A DNA stretch of 64,000 nt from Bacillota bacterium (GTDB taxonomy: Bacteria > Bacillota > Ch66 > Ch109). The DNA lies in NCBI GenBank assembly GCA_050952625.1, contig JBMNLH010000005.1, positions 64,001-128,000 on the forward strand, written 5' to 3'. Shown here piece by piece: positions 62,614 through 64,000 of this stretch. Position 1 is the first letter of the stretch; every line of letters begins with the position of its first letter. The translations under genes were made by a program, and so were the position numbers. The notes under the pieces were generated by a model, which ran no database searches, was not told the origin of the DNA, and saw only the letters and a list, made by a program, of their open reading frames with translations.

Positions 62614-63923
62614 GCGATCGCAAGATTTTTGTAGGGTATGTCGCTCGGGAAGAAGGCGATGGTGCCCTGGACCTGGTTATCTCGGCCGAGGGTAAGGTTA
62701 AGGAAGCCCGGTATAAAATCTGGGAGGCACCCCGATTTTTTGAGTCTTTCCTGGTTGGCCGCAAATACGATGAGGTGCCGGAGTTGGTGCAGCGAATCTG
62801 CGGTATTTGCCCGCATCCGCACAATCTAGCCGCGGCCCAGGCAGTTGAGCGGGCGATGGGGATTGAGGTCAGTGAGCAGACTCGTCTGCTGCGTCGGCTG
62901 CTACTAGTCGGGGACTGGATCATGAGCCATTCCTTGCACGTCTTTTGCCTGGCCGCCCCGGACTATTTGGGTTATGAAAGTGTCATCAGCATGGCCGGGA
63001 ATCCAGAACTGCTACCGGTGGTCCAAAAAGCCCTGCAGTTCAAGCGGTTGGGGAATGATATGAGCGTCCTCTTAACCGGACATGAGATTCAGAACCGCAC
63101 CTCTGTGGTCGGCGGGTTTACAGCGGTGCCGGCTGGTGCGGATTTAAGGAAGATCCGGGAACGGCTGCTGGGAATTAAGGAATTTGCCCTGGAAGCGACG
63201 CAACTGACCAAGGATCTGTTCTCAGCTGCCCCTTATCCGGAGTTGGTGCGGAAGTGCGAGCACGTGGCTCTTCATTCGCCTAAAGAATACGCGGTAGAGG
63301 CGGGACGGCTGGTCTCGACCGAGGGATTGGATATCTCGGATTGGGAATATCCGGAGTGGCTGATTGAAAGCCATGTCCCTGGCAGTAACGCCAAACACGC
63401 CATCATTCGGGGGCGGGATTCTTTCTTGGTTGGCCCGTTGGCTCGGGTAAACCTTAATTTTGATCAGTTGTCCGCTGATGCTCGGGCAGTAGCGGCTCAA
63501 GTCGGTTTTGTCGCTCCAAACTTTAACCCGTACATGAGTATTGTGGCCCGGTGCATTGAACTGGTGCACGCGATTGATGAGGCGGTCCAGATCATTGATC
63601 AGTTGGGTAATCCCAAGTATGAAGAACCGAAATACACCATCCGGGCTGGGGAGGGGTATGCGGTAACCGAGGCTCCGCGTGGCATTTGCTGCCACGGTGG
63701 TCGGATTGATAAGGACGGGGTGGTTCAGCAGTGGGATATCGTGGCCCCCACCGCGCGTAACGTCTACAACATTGAAAAAGACCTGAATGAGTTTGTCCCC
63801 AAGCTGCTGGATTTGTCAGATGAGGAACTAGCCTTGAAGTGCGAGATGCTGATCCGCAGCTATGACCCTTGTCTGTCCTGCTCAGTGCATTCGATCAAGG
63901 TCCGGGTGCATCGAGAGCAGTAA
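62610..63923 (+). CDS. NiFe hydrogenase large (alpha) subunit, group 3b
   Basis: L1 RICGIC; L2 RSYDPCLSCSVH with C-terminal extension. Confidence 0.93.
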   Translation: MSDRKIFVGYVAREEGDGALDLVISAEGKVKEARYKIWEAPRFFESFLVGRKYDEVPELVQRICGICPHPHNLAAAQAVERAMGIEVSEQTRLLRRLLLVGDWIMSHSLHVFCLAAPDYLGYESVISMAGNPELLPVVQKALQFKRLGNDMSVLLTGHEIQNRTSVVGGFTAVPAGADLRKIRERLLGIKEFALEATQLTKDLFSAAPYPELVRKCEHVALHSPKEYAVEAGRLVSTEGLDISDWEYPEWLIESHVPGSNAKHAIIRGRDSFLVGPLARVNLNFDQLSADARAVAAQVGFVAPNFNPYMSIVARCIELVHAIDEAVQIIDQLGNPKYEEPKYTIRAGEGYAVTEAPRGICCHGGRIDKDGVVQQWDIVAPTARNVYNIEKDLNEFVPKLLDLSDEELALKCEMLIRSYDPCLSCSVHSIKVRVHREQ

Positions 63924-64000
63924 GAAGTGGTAAATGCCTGCTCACTCTACGAACCGGTCGTCCGGGACGGTACAGCGGGAGCAGTAAGAAGGTTCGCTAA

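Noticed and set aside
63860-63890. NiFeSe hydrogenase
   Set aside because: The L2 motif is DPCLSC with ordinary Cys codons
1-64000. Many short ORFs in the track antisense to or nested in long genes
   Set aside because: They overlap well-supported genes and have no recognisable motifs or RBS
63927-64000. Start of a hydrogenase maturation protease
   Set aside because: Too little sequence at the window edge to identify
1-64000. tRNA or rRNA genes
   Set aside because: None recognised by eye; a covariance search was not run

Overview
64 kb from a motile, spore-forming, anaerobic Firmicute (Clostridia-like); this assignment is inferred from gene content. Bases 1-11 kb are a decayed accessory island. 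It holds two toxin-antitoxin-type pairs (XRE-ImmA/IrrE + DUF4411-like PIN; MntA-HepT), a duplicated hypothetical gene, vanZ, fragments of TnpB, MazF, phage terminase and IS21, and an apparently intact REP-associated HUH/Y1 transposase (RAYT). The rest carries a trehalose cluster (TPS-TPP fusion, GH65, beta-PGM), galU, wecB, PGM/PMM, a DegU-like regulator, codY, comFA/comFC, yvyF-flgM-flgN-flgK-flgL-fliW-csrA, yitJ, mscS and a ger operon. It also has a c-di-GMP-I riboswitch with an MCP, a complete IS4-family element, uvrB, MCP + HD-GYP and a group 3b NiFe hydrogenase operon. The most striking signal is a family of about 20 strand-specific 23-bp hairpins (CA-RCCACGGGGACGGTTCTYGTGGY) that flank the RAYT. 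They sit exactly at, or inside, gene 3' ends across the window, which suggests a Firmicute RAYT/REP system. At least three more small repeat families, two CRISPR-spaced mini-arrays and an orphan TnpB omegaRNA-like end are also present. All family assignments come from motif recognition, not database searches.
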